From an uncultured Dehalococcoidales bacterium (GTDB taxonomy: Bacteria > Chloroflexota > Dehalococcoidia > GIF9 > AB-539-J10), in the NCBI GenBank assembly GCA_964394145.1, contig CAYMVL010000025.1, positions 96,493-160,492 on the forward strand: a stretch of 64,000 nt of DNA, written 5' to 3'. The notes beneath the pieces are model-generated. The model was not told the origin of the DNA. It searched no databases and was given only the letters and a program-made list of their open reading frames with translations. The position numbers were made by a program, and so were the translations under genes. Numbering within the stretch: position 1 is the stretch's first letter; each line of letters begins with the position of its first letter. Positions 1-9,484 of the stretch are shown here, one piece after another.

Positions 1-830
1 TTAATCTCGGGGTAGAGCTCCTTAATATGACGGAGTTTGCGGGATTTCTCCGTTATCAGACTCTGTTTCAATGTAGTAAGCTCAACATAAAGGTCTAACT
101 CGGGCAAGTAGAAATCAGGAGTGAACATTTCAGTTACCGTACCGTTTTCCCATTTCAGAGGGAAAGAACGAGGTTCGTATAGCCACTCTATACGGTAGAA
201 GTCCAGAAGCTTGGCAAATTCCTTTTCACTGGGATGAGCAAAGCTGGTAGGCCTGAGGGAAGGAGTAGGCAGTTGAGATATTGCAGCTGATTTTAGTCGT
301 AATCTGCCTGGTTTATAGTCTTTCTCCAGAAATTGATAGAGTTCCGCCTTCTCCAATACAACAGCACATATGTCTGCGACGCTGAGGAGAAATTCCTTGT
401 CAGCTTCGGAGAACTGATGGGGCTCGCGAGTATAAACCCTGATTTCTCCGCTAGCTTCTCCCCTTCTGAACACGGGTACGCCGAATATAGAGGATATCCC
501 TTGTGCTTGTGCTATTTCAGGATGCTGGACTTTTTCGTCCCTGGTGGCATCAGCGATAAATACCACTTTCCCATCGAGAATATCCGGGAGGCTTTTGTGG
601 GCGTTAAGAGGACCCTTCCTCAGATACAGATCGCTCAAACCGTACGTCCCCACAGTGAGCAAATATTCCTTTTCAGGGCTGAGCGCCAGAATTCGACAGC
701 CACTGGCAGATATGGCCTTAGCAATGCTTTGGGCTATCGAATTACAGACCTTCTTTAGACCGGAACTTGAATTCGCAACCTTGGCGATATGTCTAAGGGC
801 AAAATAGTGATTGCTTTTGGAGCTACCCAT
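1..830 (-). CDS. GAF domain-containing protein, 3' end truncated by window start
   Basis: The minus-strand frame is open from 830 down to position 3. ATG at 830..828 is preceded by an AGGGGAAG SD. The translation (MGSSKSNHYFALRHIAKVANSSSGLKKVCNSIAQSIAKAISASGCRILALSPEKEYLLTVGTYGLSDLYLRKGPLNAHKSLPDILDGKVVFIADATRDEKVQHPEIAQAQGISSIFGVPVF...) matches GAF-domain topology. It is not in the ORF track because it touches the window edge. Confidence 0.55.
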   Translation of the reverse strand, partial: MGSSKSNHYFALRHIAKVANSSSGLKKVCNSIAQSIAKAISASGCRILALSPEKEYLLTVGTYGLSDLYLRKGPLNAHKSLPDILDGKVVFIADATRDEKVQHPEIAQAQGISSIFGVPVFRRGEASGEIRVYTREPHQFSEADKEFLLSVADICAVVLEKAELYQFLEKDYKPGRLRLKSAAISQLPTPSLRPTSFAHPSEKEFAKLLDFYRIEWLYEPRSFPLKWENGTVTEMFTPDFYLPELDLYVELTTLKQSLITEKSRKLRHIKELYPEI

Positions 831-848
831 GGTCACTTCCCCTCTACC

Positions 849-3419
849 CTATCCGCACTTGGTGAAGCCGCAGTTAAGGCAGATATTACATCCTTCTTGG
901 TAAATCAAAGGTCCTCCACATTCAGGGCATTGTCCCGCTTGACCGCTTCGCTGCTCTTTCATCTTCGCTTCTTTCAGTTTCGCATCTTTATCTGGCTGCG
1001 ATACACCTTTAAGTGTATCAGATTCTTTAGGTTCAGGCATCCCGGCATTGCTGCTAGACTCTTCTTTAATGTATTTCTCAAGCACGCTAGCAATAGCATC
1101 GGCGCAGGACAAAACAGCATGCCCCTGTTCCCACGCAATAGAAGGACACCTAATCCCACGCAACTGGCGTACAATAGAATTCAAATCCACGCCTGACCTC
1201 AAGGTCAGGGAAATGAGGCGGCTTATGGCTTCAAGCTGAGCTGCAGCACAACCTCCTGCTTTGCCCAAAGTGGAGAAGACCTCACATATCCCCTGTTGGT
1301 CAAAATTTATGGTCACATAGATGTATCCGCAGCCGGTGCTGACCCTCTCAGTTATCCCTCTCGTGACTTTAGGTCTTTTCCTGGGAGCCAGCTTGACTTC
1401 GGCTTTTCTTGTAGTATCTCCGACAGTGAGGACTTGCTTTTCGCGACTTCTATCTCTGTAAATAGTTATCCCTTTCAGGCCTTCCTGATAAGCCAGCATA
1501 TATACCTTGGCGACATCGGCTGGTGTTGCGTCATAGGGGAAATTGACTGTCTTGGATACAGCGCTGTCGGTAAATCTCTGAAAAGCCGCCTGTATCCTGA
1601 CATGCCAATCAGGGCTTAAATCATAGGCGGTGACGAAGAGTCTCTTTATATCTTCGGGCACGTTATCTGCATCCCTTAACCTCTTGCCCTCAGCTAGCTC
1701 CCTGATCAGCTCTGCAGAATAGAACCCATCCCTTTTGGATATTTCCTCAAAGTAAGGATTTACCTCGACGAATTCCTCATTCTCTAGTATATGGCGTATA
1801 TAACTCAGCGCAAATATTGGTTCGATGCCGCTGGAACAATTTGCAATTATACTCAGACTGCCCGTCGGAGCGACAGTGGTACGGGAGGCGTTTCGAAAGC
1901 GAGGACCATCGGGGACATCATAGACGCTGCCTCGGAAGGCGGGGAAAACGCCCCTCTCTCCGGCCAGTTCTATTGAAGCTTTGTTCGACTCCTCAGATAT
2001 AAACTTCATAACCTCCTCGGCGATAGAAATCGCTTGTTCGGTATCGTAAGGAACCTCGAGCCGAATCAGCATATCGGCAAAACCCATCACCCCTAGACCT
2101 ATCTTCCTGGTAGCTCTAGTGCGCTCACCAATCTGGGGCAGAGGAAACTGGTTAACGTCAATAACATCATCGAGAAAGCGCACTGCCAGCTTCACTGTTT
2201 GCGACAGCTTGGCATAGTCAATCCTCCACTGTCCATCCTGGAGGACCACCATTTTAGCCAGGTTTATAGAACCTAGATTACAGGACTCATAAGGAAGCAA
2301 GGGTTGCTCACCACAGGGATTGGTGCTTTCGATTTTACCCAATTCAGGCGTAGGGTTATGCCTGTTTATCTCGTCAATAAACACGACACCTGGGTCGCCG
2401 GTACGCCACGCCATGTCAACTATCTTATTGAATACCTCCTTAGCATTCAGTGTACCGGTGACCTCTCCGGTTCGTGGATTCACCAAATTGTAGTCAGCTT
2501 CTTTCTGCACCGCCTGTATGAAACTATCAGTCACGGCTACAGAGAGATTAAAATTGGTCAGATTTTCAGGGTCTTCCTTGGCGGTGATGAACCGCATGAT
2601 ATCTGGATGGTCAACAGCCAGTATCGCCATATTAGCTCCACGCCGCATACCACCTTGCTTTATCACATCGGTAGTAGTATCAAAGGTGCGCATGAAAGAA
2701 ACAGGCCCGCTGGCAACGCCGCCTGTCGAACCAACTCTGTCCTTTTCCGGTCTGAGTCGAGAAAAGGAAAAACCGGTGCCGCCGCCACTCTTGTGAATTA
2801 AGGCTGTGTACTTGACAGCATCAAAAATGGATTCCATAGAATCATCAATGGGGATAACGAAACAGGCTGATAGTTGGCCCAACTCACGACCGGCGTTCAT
2901 GAGCGTGGGCGTATTGGGCAAAAATTTCAGGCTTGCCATCAATTCGTAGAATGCCTCTTCCAGAGCAGACGTGTCTGCTTTGGGGTCATAAAAAAGCTCG
3001 GCTGAGGCGACGTGCCTGGCTACGCGGCGAAACAGCTCTTGAGGAGTCTCAATTACCGTTCCCTTCTCGTCTTTTATCAGATATCTTCTTTCCAGGACTC
3101 TCAAGGCATTATCGCTAAGGTGTATTCCGGAGACGACCTGGCCCTTAGCTTGAGGAGAAAAATCATCCGCGGTTATCACTTCCTCAACTATTGCTTTGAT
3201 TCTTGAGGAGGACAGTGCCGGGCCTGTGCGCGGAGAAACAAGGTCCTCCATACCTGGCAGGGGACGAGCCAGTTCCAGTCGTTGGCTTACCTGTTGTGTA
3301 AACTTCTCCAGCATCTTTCTATCACTTATGCCGATGGCCTCGGCGGCAGCGAAAACAGCCTGAGCTACCATATCCTGCCCTGCAGATTTCTTGTCGGCAC
3401 TTCTGCGGATTCTAGCCAT
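849..3419 (-). CDS. nrdJ: adenosylcobalamin-dependent ribonucleotide reductase, class II (NrdJ)
   Basis: 856 aa ORF with the class II active-site motif NPCGEQPL and a C-terminal zinc ribbon (CPECGG...CNICLNCG). It lies directly downstream of nrdR. Confidence 0.9.
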   Translation of the reverse strand: MARIRRSADKKSAGQDMVAQAVFAAAEAIGISDRKMLEKFTQQVSQRLELARPLPGMEDLVSPRTGPALSSSRIKAIVEEVITADDFSPQAKGQVVSGIHLSDNALRVLERRYLIKDEKGTVIETPQELFRRVARHVASAELFYDPKADTSALEEAFYELMASLKFLPNTPTLMNAGRELGQLSACFVIPIDDSMESIFDAVKYTALIHKSGGGTGFSFSRLRPEKDRVGSTGGVASGPVSFMRTFDTTTDVIKQGGMRRGANMAILAVDHPDIMRFITAKEDPENLTNFNLSVAVTDSFIQAVQKEADYNLVNPRTGEVTGTLNAKEVFNKIVDMAWRTGDPGVVFIDEINRHNPTPELGKIESTNPCGEQPLLPYESCNLGSINLAKMVVLQDGQWRIDYAKLSQTVKLAVRFLDDVIDVNQFPLPQIGERTRATRKIGLGVMGFADMLIRLEVPYDTEQAISIAEEVMKFISEESNKASIELAGERGVFPAFRGSVYDVPDGPRFRNASRTTVAPTGSLSIIANCSSGIEPIFALSYIRHILENEEFVEVNPYFEEISKRDGFYSAELIRELAEGKRLRDADNVPEDIKRLFVTAYDLSPDWHVRIQAAFQRFTDSAVSKTVNFPYDATPADVAKVYMLAYQEGLKGITIYRDRSREKQVLTVGDTTRKAEVKLAPRKRPKVTRGITERVSTGCGYIYVTINFDQQGICEVFSTLGKAGGCAAAQLEAISRLISLTLRSGVDLNSIVRQLRGIRCPSIAWEQGHAVLSCADAIASVLEKYIKEESSSNAGMPEPKESDTLKGVSQPDKDAKLKEAKMKEQRSGQAGQCPECGGPLIYQEGCNICLNCGFTKCG

Positions 3420-3975
3420 TTTTACCTCCCACCGATTTATGAGTTAAAGACGCCTTGCATGGCACTCCGTGTTGGGAATTTCCCGCTTTGGCAGGCAGCA
3501 GTGGCAGCTGATTTGCCGGCGTCACAGTGCCACCCATAGCCAGATTATCCACTGCTTGTTTCAAGGTACCGATGTCGGCGAATTCCCGATAGACGCTAGC
3601 GAAGCGAATGTACGCTATATGGTCCAGTTTCTTCAAGCCCTCCATCACCAGGTCACCAATGAAGGAAGTAGCAACTTCAGCTTTGCCCGTGTTGTAAAGT
3701 TCGGACTCTATGCTGTCTATAAGCTTATCAATGGCACCGGTAGGGAGGGGCCGTTTCTCACAGGCTCTGTGAATACCAAGCGAGAGTTTTTCCCGGTCGA
3801 ATACCTCACGACGGCCCTCTTTCTTAATGACAAATATACTCCGCATCTGTATGCGTTCATGTGTGGTAAAGCGACCTCCACAGGCAAGACATTTCCTTCG
3901 CCGCCTCACAAAGCCGTCCAGATCCCTCGAATCTATAACCCTAGACTCCTGACCACCACAATAAGGACACCTCAT
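3412..3975 (-). CDS. nrdR: transcriptional repressor NrdR
   Basis: N-terminal zinc ribbon MRCPYCGGQESRVIDSRD...CLACGGRFTTHE and an ATP-cone region. It is 187 aa, about 35 aa longer than typical, and overlaps the nrdJ start by 8 nt. Confidence 0.9.
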   Translation of the reverse strand: MRCPYCGGQESRVIDSRDLDGFVRRRRKCLACGGRFTTHERIQMRSIFVIKKEGRREVFDREKLSLGIHRACEKRPLPTGAIDKLIDSIESELYNTGKAEVATSFIGDLVMEGLKKLDHIAYIRFASVYREFADIGTLKQAVDNLAMGGTVTPANQLPLLPAKAGNSQHGVPCKASLTHKSVGGKNG

Positions 3976-4010
3976 AAACCCCCCAATAATTGTGTTACAG
4001 AGTCAGTATA

Positions 4011-4026
4011 CCACTACATATAGTAT
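4011..4026. promoter_or_regulatory. candidate NrdR box (accaCTACATATAGtata) in the nrdR-nrdJ upstream region
   Basis: Quasi-palindrome matching the core CwAtATaTwG of the published NrdR-box consensus at 9 of 10 positions. It overlaps a TATACT -10-like hexamer on the minus strand, upstream of the nrdR ATG at 3975. Recognised by eye only. Confidence 0.3.
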
Positions 4027-4086
4027 AATGCAACTCTTGAGTCCGTGATAGAGCAATAATATGAGGCTAATAATAGAACGCTGCTG

Positions 4087-4869
4087 TCATCTGAATTCAG
4101 AGTACCTGATGTTATCCGGGTCAAGTTTCCTGATGATACTCAATTCCTCTTCGCTAGGTATCTCCGTACTCGGTGTATCCTGAGGTACCTCGACCTCAAA
4201 TCCGGTGCTCTCCCGAACCATTTCAGCAGTGACGCCCGGGTGAATCGACTCCACCTTCATTAGCTTCGTCTCCTCGGCAAAACTGTAAACAGCCAGGTTG
4301 CTTACAACTTTTATCTCCGATGGCCAAGCCCCTGTCTTTTCCCTGCTGTCACCTCCCTCGAAGTATCCCACCCCGGTCTTAAAATCCACCTTTTCCACGA
4401 AGACCCGCCGGCTCTGCCTCGGGGCCCAGATAACAAGCCTGGGCATGATCGCTGTCAGATGAGCGGTAGCTGCCCCTCCAGGCAACCTGACTTTTGGCTT
4501 GGCATATTCGCCTATGGCACTGAGGTTTATGTTGCCATACTTATCCACCTGCGCAGCACCCAGAAACATCAGATCAACTTCCTTCCTCTGGCAAAGATCA
4601 AACATATCAACGAGCTCCAGAAATACTGTAGCCCCTCTGGACAGCCTCGGGTCCGCGGACGAAATCTTCAAGGTCAGCCTGCCGAGGTCAGGATCGAGCC
4701 CCTCGGCAACACCCATAAAGACAGAATTAGGTGCATGTGTAAGCTTCGCCAAAGCCATGGCCATGATTGGCAGGGGTGAGGCTAAGCCATGCAGTACCTT
4801 GTCCCCATCTTCTATTTGCTTGGCCATAGCTTTAATCATAATCTCTGGGACCAGTCCAGTCTCAGCCAT
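4087..4869 (-). CDS. family I CoA-transferase subunit B (glutaconate/3-oxoacid CoA-transferase type)
   Basis: 260 aa with CoA-transferase B-subunit topology (HGLASPLPIMA, LGAAQVDKYGNINLS). Immediately downstream of the A subunit. Confidence 0.8.
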   Translation of the reverse strand: MAETGLVPEIMIKAMAKQIEDGDKVLHGLASPLPIMAMALAKLTHAPNSVFMGVAEGLDPDLGRLTLKISSADPRLSRGATVFLELVDMFDLCQRKEVDLMFLGAAQVDKYGNINLSAIGEYAKPKVRLPGGAATAHLTAIMPRLVIWAPRQSRRVFVEKVDFKTGVGYFEGGDSREKTGAWPSEIKVVSNLAVYSFAEETKLMKVESIHPGVTAEMVRESTGFEVEVPQDTPSTEIPSEEELSIIRKLDPDNIRYSEFR

Positions 4870-4874
4870 TCACA

Positions 4875-5693
4875 TCACCTCCCTCCGGCGAAAACATATT
4901 TGTCCAAATACTCCGGGAACCTGCCATCTCTAACCATGTCAACATATTCCCGTATATGTTCATAGTCTGCATCATAGAGCCCGTAACAAGAGCCAGGATA
5001 AGCCCCCCCGGGCAAATGCACTATTGCATCAACATAAGGATATGGCAGTGTGATCCTGTAAGGCTCAAGCTTCATCGTGTCAGCGTCAATAATTTCTTCT
5101 ACAGACACTATTACCTTCCTCGCCGCTTTTGCCTTCCAGACATCTTCAAACCTGCCACCCCAGATTTGAACGTTGCCATAGACATCCGCCCGCTGCGCGT
5201 GAATCAAGGCAACGTCCGGTTCGATAGCTCTCACGGACACGATATCCTCACCGGTAAAGGGGTCTTTGCCGAGCTTATAAATTCCCTTATCTATGCCAAT
5301 TTTGAGAAGGTCCGTGCCTAAGATGCCTCTTACAGGCATAGATGGGATTCCCATGGAGGCAGCGCGGAGTCCGTTTATTAATGCACCACAGGTGTCCTCT
5401 ATTACCTCGATTTTCCCATCCTCAGCCGCCTTTCTGAAGTTTAGAGCAAACCCGAATAGCTCCAGCCCAAGCATGGCAAACCGAACGCTGCTGGCTACAC
5501 CTGCCCCGATGAGCAGATCGAAACCTATGGCCGGTTCCCTGTCCACTAGCCTCAGACCTCTCTTCTCCTGTCTGATTATTTCTCTGATCAATTCCATGGG
5601 AACCCTATGAAAGGAAAGCCCCCCGGTCGTTAGCAGATCACCATCTCTAACTAGCCCGATTGCCTCCTCTATGTTAATCAGTTCCCCTTTCAA
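4875..5693 (-). CDS. family I CoA-transferase subunit A
   Basis: Conserved ELINIEEAIGLVRDGDLLTTGG...HRVPMELIREII. The longest ORF runs to 5765 with a TTG start. A TTG at 5693 is preceded by a perfect AGGAGG SD with a 6 nt spacer, so 5693 is the likelier start. Confidence 0.75.
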   Translation of the reverse strand: MKGELINIEEAIGLVRDGDLLTTGGLSFHRVPMELIREIIRQEKRGLRLVDREPAIGFDLLIGAGVASSVRFAMLGLELFGFALNFRKAAEDGKIEVIEDTCGALINGLRAASMGIPSMPVRGILGTDLLKIGIDKGIYKLGKDPFTGEDIVSVRAIEPDVALIHAQRADVYGNVQIWGGRFEDVWKAKAARKVIVSVEEIIDADTMKLEPYRITLPYPYVDAIVHLPGGAYPGSCYGLYDADYEHIREYVDMVRDGRFPEYLDKYVFAGGR

Positions 5694-6011
5694 GCTCTGC
5701 CTCCTTTTGACACGGCTCAGGCCGTAATCCCCGCCATTATATTCCTTAACGCTGGATAGCAGCAAAGATTTTCTGCCCCTGACTGCGCAGCTAACAGCGA
5801 AGAAAGAATCTTATGTAAAGTCTCTTCAAATAGACTCTGACCTCTCCTCTTCCTCCCTCCATTCCTGACCTTATGCACCATGCTAGCGTATGCAGCAGCC
5901 AGCACATACCTCTAGAGAATATCCCGGCAGATACGAATGGTACAGACTGAAAAAGCAAGCGAGGCTAACAGCCTCGGCATACTATACGAGATGACTGACC
6001 GGTTCCGTTTA

Positions 6012-6087
6012 TGGTCGGGGTGAGAGGATTTGAACCTCCGACCTCATGGTCCCAAACCATGCGCGCTAGCCGCTGCGCCACACCCCG
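6012..6087 (-). tRNA. tRNA-Pro (anticodon TGG)
   Basis: Cloverleaf folded by hand on the reverse complement. Acceptor stem cggggtg/caccccg, anticodon loop TTTGGGA, T-loop GGTTCAAAT, encoded CCA. Confidence 0.85.
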
Positions 6088-6154
6088 AATACCCGAATAT
6101 ATTATAGTAGCTAAAGAAAATTGAAGCAATCAGGACCTTGCCCGCCAGAAAAAA

Positions 6155-7090
6155 TCAGGCTCCAAAACAGGACACCTTTGCCTTGAGCTGAGCGTAGTCC
6201 TGGTTAACGCGCTCTTGAATCTTCTGAATCTCTTCCTCCGGCAGGTGTCTATATCGTCCCTGCACCTTAAGGTACTCCACAACCGGCTTGAGCTTTGGCC
6301 GATCAACGTTCAATTTGTAGCGACCTTCCTCCACCTCATAGAGAGGAAAGATGCCCGTCTCCACAGCAAGACGACCTATCTCAACAGTGCTCTCGGGAGC
6401 AGTCCTCCATCCCGTAGGACAGACGGCCAGGACATGCACATATGCTGGGCCTTTAACCTCCGCTCCCTTCTTGACCTTCTTCATCAAATCGAATGGATAG
6501 CTGGGGCAAGCCGTAGCCACATATGGTGCGTTGTGTGCAGCTACTATCTCCGGCATGTTCTTCTTCCAGGTAACCTGCCCGATGCTGAACTTTCCCGCAG
6601 GTGAGGTTGTAGTCGAAGCTCCGTAGGGAGTTGAACCCGACCGCTGGATACCCGTATTCATATATGCTTCGTTGTCCAGGCAGATGTAGAGGAAGTCATG
6701 CCCTCTCTCTATAGCTCCTGACAGCGCCTGCAGTCCTATGTCGCTTGTCCCGCCATCTCCCGCTATGGCGACAGAGTTGATATCGCTCTGCGGTATTTTC
6801 CCTTTCCGCATCAACGTTTTCAATCCCTCCTCAATTCCTGAAATCTCAGCGGCAGTATTTTCAAACAGTGTGTGCAGCCAGGGAAGACGCCAGGAGGTAA
6901 CCGGCAGAGGTGTGGTGCAGACCTCAGCACAGCCGGTAGCCATAGCGATTATGGTATTCTGGCCCAGTGCTTTTAAGGCAAGCCTTATTGCCAGAGCTTC
7001 GCCACAGCCGATACAAAAACTGTGCCCCTCAGCAAGATACTCCTCTGTCGATACGTAGTTCTTCCCGAACTTTATCGCCTTCTGTTGCAT
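6155..7090 (-). CDS. porB: 2-oxoacid:ferredoxin oxidoreductase beta subunit (TPP-binding)
   Basis: 311 aa with the GDG...TPP-binding signature (IAGDGGTSDIGLQAL). The ATG start abuts the alpha-subunit stop. Confidence 0.85.
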   Translation of the reverse strand: MQQKAIKFGKNYVSTEEYLAEGHSFCIGCGEALAIRLALKALGQNTIIAMATGCAEVCTTPLPVTSWRLPWLHTLFENTAAEISGIEEGLKTLMRKGKIPQSDINSVAIAGDGGTSDIGLQALSGAIERGHDFLYICLDNEAYMNTGIQRSGSTPYGASTTTSPAGKFSIGQVTWKKNMPEIVAAHNAPYVATACPSYPFDLMKKVKKGAEVKGPAYVHVLAVCPTGWRTAPESTVEIGRLAVETGIFPLYEVEEGRYKLNVDRPKLKPVVEYLKVQGRYRHLPEEEIQKIQERVNQDYAQLKAKVSCFGA

Positions 7091-7091
7091 G

Positions 7092-8288
7092 CTATCCCCT
7101 TATTCCCGTTACCTTTCCCCTTACCCCTACCGTCTCGAAAAGTTCCTCAGACCCATTCTCCGCAACCTCCCTGCCCCTATCGAAAACATACTCAAAATCC
7201 TTCACCGACATATCTCTGCCACCCAACCCACCCACAAACCCGACCACCTTTGGCGCCCCTGTTAGGCCATATAAAGCTGACTTGATCTCCGAATAGACCG
7301 GCCCTCCGGGGCCTCCGAAGGAAATACAGCGATCGAAGACTATGAGGACTGCTGCATCCTTCACCGCCCGACGCAATTCCTCAAAGGGGAAAGGCCTCCA
7401 CAGCCGCAAATGTATCAGGCCGACACGCTCTCCCTTGGCTCTCTTCTCATCCACAACCAGCTTTGCTGTTTCGCTGAAACTTCCCTGAATGACAAGCAGC
7501 GTCGAGGCGTCTTCAGCCTTATACGGCTCGACCGGGTAATAATAGCGACCGAATGCGTCACCAAATTCCTTCCATCCCTCCAGTATTATTTCCTTGGATT
7601 TCCTGAAGGCTACCTCCTGAGCTGCTTTCGCCTCAAAATATATGTCTGGAGGGCCGAAGGCTCCGTGAGTCATGGCTTTGCTCGGGTCCAGTGCAAACGG
7701 GTACTGGAATCTGGGCAGAAATGCGTCCACCTCCGCCTGCTCCGGCAGAATCACCGGCTCTATTACGTGGGACAGGTGAAATCCGTCAAGGTGCACCATC
7801 ACCGGAAACAGGACACGCCGGTCTTCGCCCACGCGAAAAGCCCACAGAGTCATATCAAATGCCTGCTGGTTGTTCTCGCAGAACACCTGAATCCAGCCGG
7901 TATCTCTAACTGCCATAGCGTCAGAGTGGTCCCCCCAGACACTTAACGGCGCCGAAATAGCCCTGTTACATATCACCATTACTATAGGATACCTCATAGA
8001 TGAGGCGACATAGACAACTTCGTGCATGAGCTCCAGCCCCTGGCCCGCCGTAGTGGTGAAGGTTCTGGCGCCCACCGCTGCAGACCCAACACAGGCGCTC
8101 ATAGCCGAGTGCTCCGATTCAACCGGTATATAGGATGCATCCAGTTCGCCGTTAGCCACCATTTCAGCAAGCCGCTCAGGAATATGCGTCTGCGGTGTTA
8201 TGGGATATGCAGCGATAACATCCACATCGGCCATCTTCACCGCTTCCGCGACCGCATGTGAAGCCTCCAGCCCCAATCTTCTGCTCAT
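7092..8288 (-). CDS. porA: 2-oxoacid:ferredoxin oxidoreductase alpha subunit
   Basis: Pyruvate/ketoisovalerate oxidoreductase alpha topology. The likely start is the ATG at 8288 (MSRRLGLEASHAVAEAV...), with GGAGGAGG just upstream and overlapping the porD stop as ATGA. The longest ORF extends to 8342. Confidence 0.85.
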   Translation of the reverse strand: MSRRLGLEASHAVAEAVKMADVDVIAAYPITPQTHIPERLAEMVANGELDASYIPVESEHSAMSACVGSAAVGARTFTTTAGQGLELMHEVVYVASSMRYPIVMVICNRAISAPLSVWGDHSDAMAVRDTGWIQVFCENNQQAFDMTLWAFRVGEDRRVLFPVMVHLDGFHLSHVIEPVILPEQAEVDAFLPRFQYPFALDPSKAMTHGAFGPPDIYFEAKAAQEVAFRKSKEIILEGWKEFGDAFGRYYYPVEPYKAEDASTLLVIQGSFSETAKLVVDEKRAKGERVGLIHLRLWRPFPFEELRRAVKDAAVLIVFDRCISFGGPGGPVYSEIKSALYGLTGAPKVVGFVGGLGGRDMSVKDFEYVFDRGREVAENGSEELFETVGVRGKVTGIRG

Positions 8289-8593
8289 GCTTCCTCCTCC
8301 TCTATCATAGTTATAGCTCCGGTAGGACAGACACTGGCACAAATACCGCAGCCCTTGCAGTAGTCAAGGTCGGGTTCATAATATCCGTCCTCCTGAAGCC
8401 TGATGGCTACATCAGGACAGTAAAGCCAGCACAAGCCACATTTGGTGCATTTCTCTCTATTCACCACCGGCCTGTCGGACCTCCACTCACCGGTCCTGCG
8501 CGGAGCGGCGTTCCCGGCATCCGTCACTATATTGCCAACTTCCATATCTTTCCAGGTGAAGTCGTTAGCCGTCTTGAGTTTTCGCGCTGCCAT
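8285..8593 (-). CDS. porD: 2-oxoacid:ferredoxin oxidoreductase delta subunit (2x[4Fe-4S] ferredoxin)
   Basis: Two CxxCxxCxxxCP motifs (CTKCGLCWLYCP, CKGCGICASVCP). Confidence 0.85.
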   Translation of the reverse strand: MAARKLKTANDFTWKDMEVGNIVTDAGNAAPRRTGEWRSDRPVVNREKCTKCGLCWLYCPDVAIRLQEDGYYEPDLDYCKGCGICASVCPTGAITMIEEEEA

Positions 8594-8595
8594 TT

Positions 8596-9153
8596 CTACT
8601 CCCTTAGCGCAGTTTCACTGTAGGCTCTCTTCATAGCCTCGATGTTGCCCCCGGCCCGTGCCCCAAACCGCTCCCGCAACTGCTCAATCATAGAATCAAA
8701 TCCAACCACCCCTGTGACTTTCAGCAGTGCGCCGATCATAGCGGTGTTGGTAATAGTTATCTTTATAGTCTCTCTGGCAATCCTTGTAGCGTTAACCGAT
8801 GCCACCGGCCATCTAAAAGCAAACTCGGACTTCAGCTCGTCCGGTGATTTCTTCGAATTGACTATGATCTTGCCACCGTCTTTTAGCCCTGACGTAACGT
8901 CCACGGCATGAAGCAGTCCCGGGTCAAGCACCACTATTATATCGGGTTCATATATCTCCGTCCTGACCCTGATAAAGCCGTCGCTTATCCTCAGGAAAGC
9001 AACGACCGGTGCCCCTCTCCTCTCAGGTCCAAAACTGGGGAATGACTGAGCGTATTTCCCCTCGCTTATCGCGGCACGAGCAACCAGCTCCGCCGAAGTC
9101 ACCGCCCCCATCCCGCCCCTGCCATGCCACCGAACCTCAAGAATCTCGGACAA
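8596..9153 (-). CDS. porG: 2-oxoacid:ferredoxin oxidoreductase gamma subunit
   Basis: RWHGRGGMG motif. The ORF track start at 9174 is a GTG that contains an AAGGAGG. A TTG at 9153 lies 9 nt after that SD and gives MSEILEVRWHGRGG, the typical N-terminus. Confidence 0.8.
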   Translation of the reverse strand: MSEILEVRWHGRGGMGAVTSAELVARAAISEGKYAQSFPSFGPERRGAPVVAFLRISDGFIRVRTEIYEPDIIVVLDPGLLHAVDVTSGLKDGGKIIVNSKKSPDELKSEFAFRWPVASVNATRIARETIKITITNTAMIGALLKVTGVVGFDSMIEQLRERFGARAGGNIEAMKRAYSETALRE

Positions 9154-9180
9154 AATGCCAGACCTCCTTATCACAAAAAA

Positions 9181-9253
9181 CCGCCCCTGAAGGGACTCGA
9201 ACCCTTGCGCCTGGCTCCGGAGGCCAGTGCTCTATCCTCTGAGCTACAGGGGC
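9181..9253 (-). tRNA. tRNA-Arg (anticodon CCG)
   Basis: Reverse complement folds as gcccctg acceptor, anticodon stem ctggc/gccag with loop CTCCGGA, and T-loop GGTTCGAGT. Borders the island. Confidence 0.85.
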
Positions 9254-9484
9254 TACTTGAGTCTAAATAGTTTATCATAAAGTCGGTTTGAAACTGAATA
9301 CATCCCGTCCACAAAATGCTGGCGCAACCACAATCGCCTTGCAGAGGCTAGGTTATTCCGCCATGCGGACCCGAAGGGCAGTCGATTGCATTTGGGCAAG
9401 CTGCGATGTATTCTATCAGCGTGAATCAGATGGACTCTAAGCACACGATCCCGCCAGGGGCGAAGGTACGGGACAGCAACTAGC

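Noticed and set aside
333-807. Plus-strand ORFs 333-758 and 544-807
   Set aside because: Antisense to the better-supported minus-strand GAF-domain gene, which has an SD and domain-like sequence.
2304-2801. 165-aa plus-strand ORF (with others at 1048-1619 and 3012-3539)
   Set aside because: Antisense to nrdJ or nrdR with no motifs. Typical spurious antisense ORFs in a ~52% GC genome.
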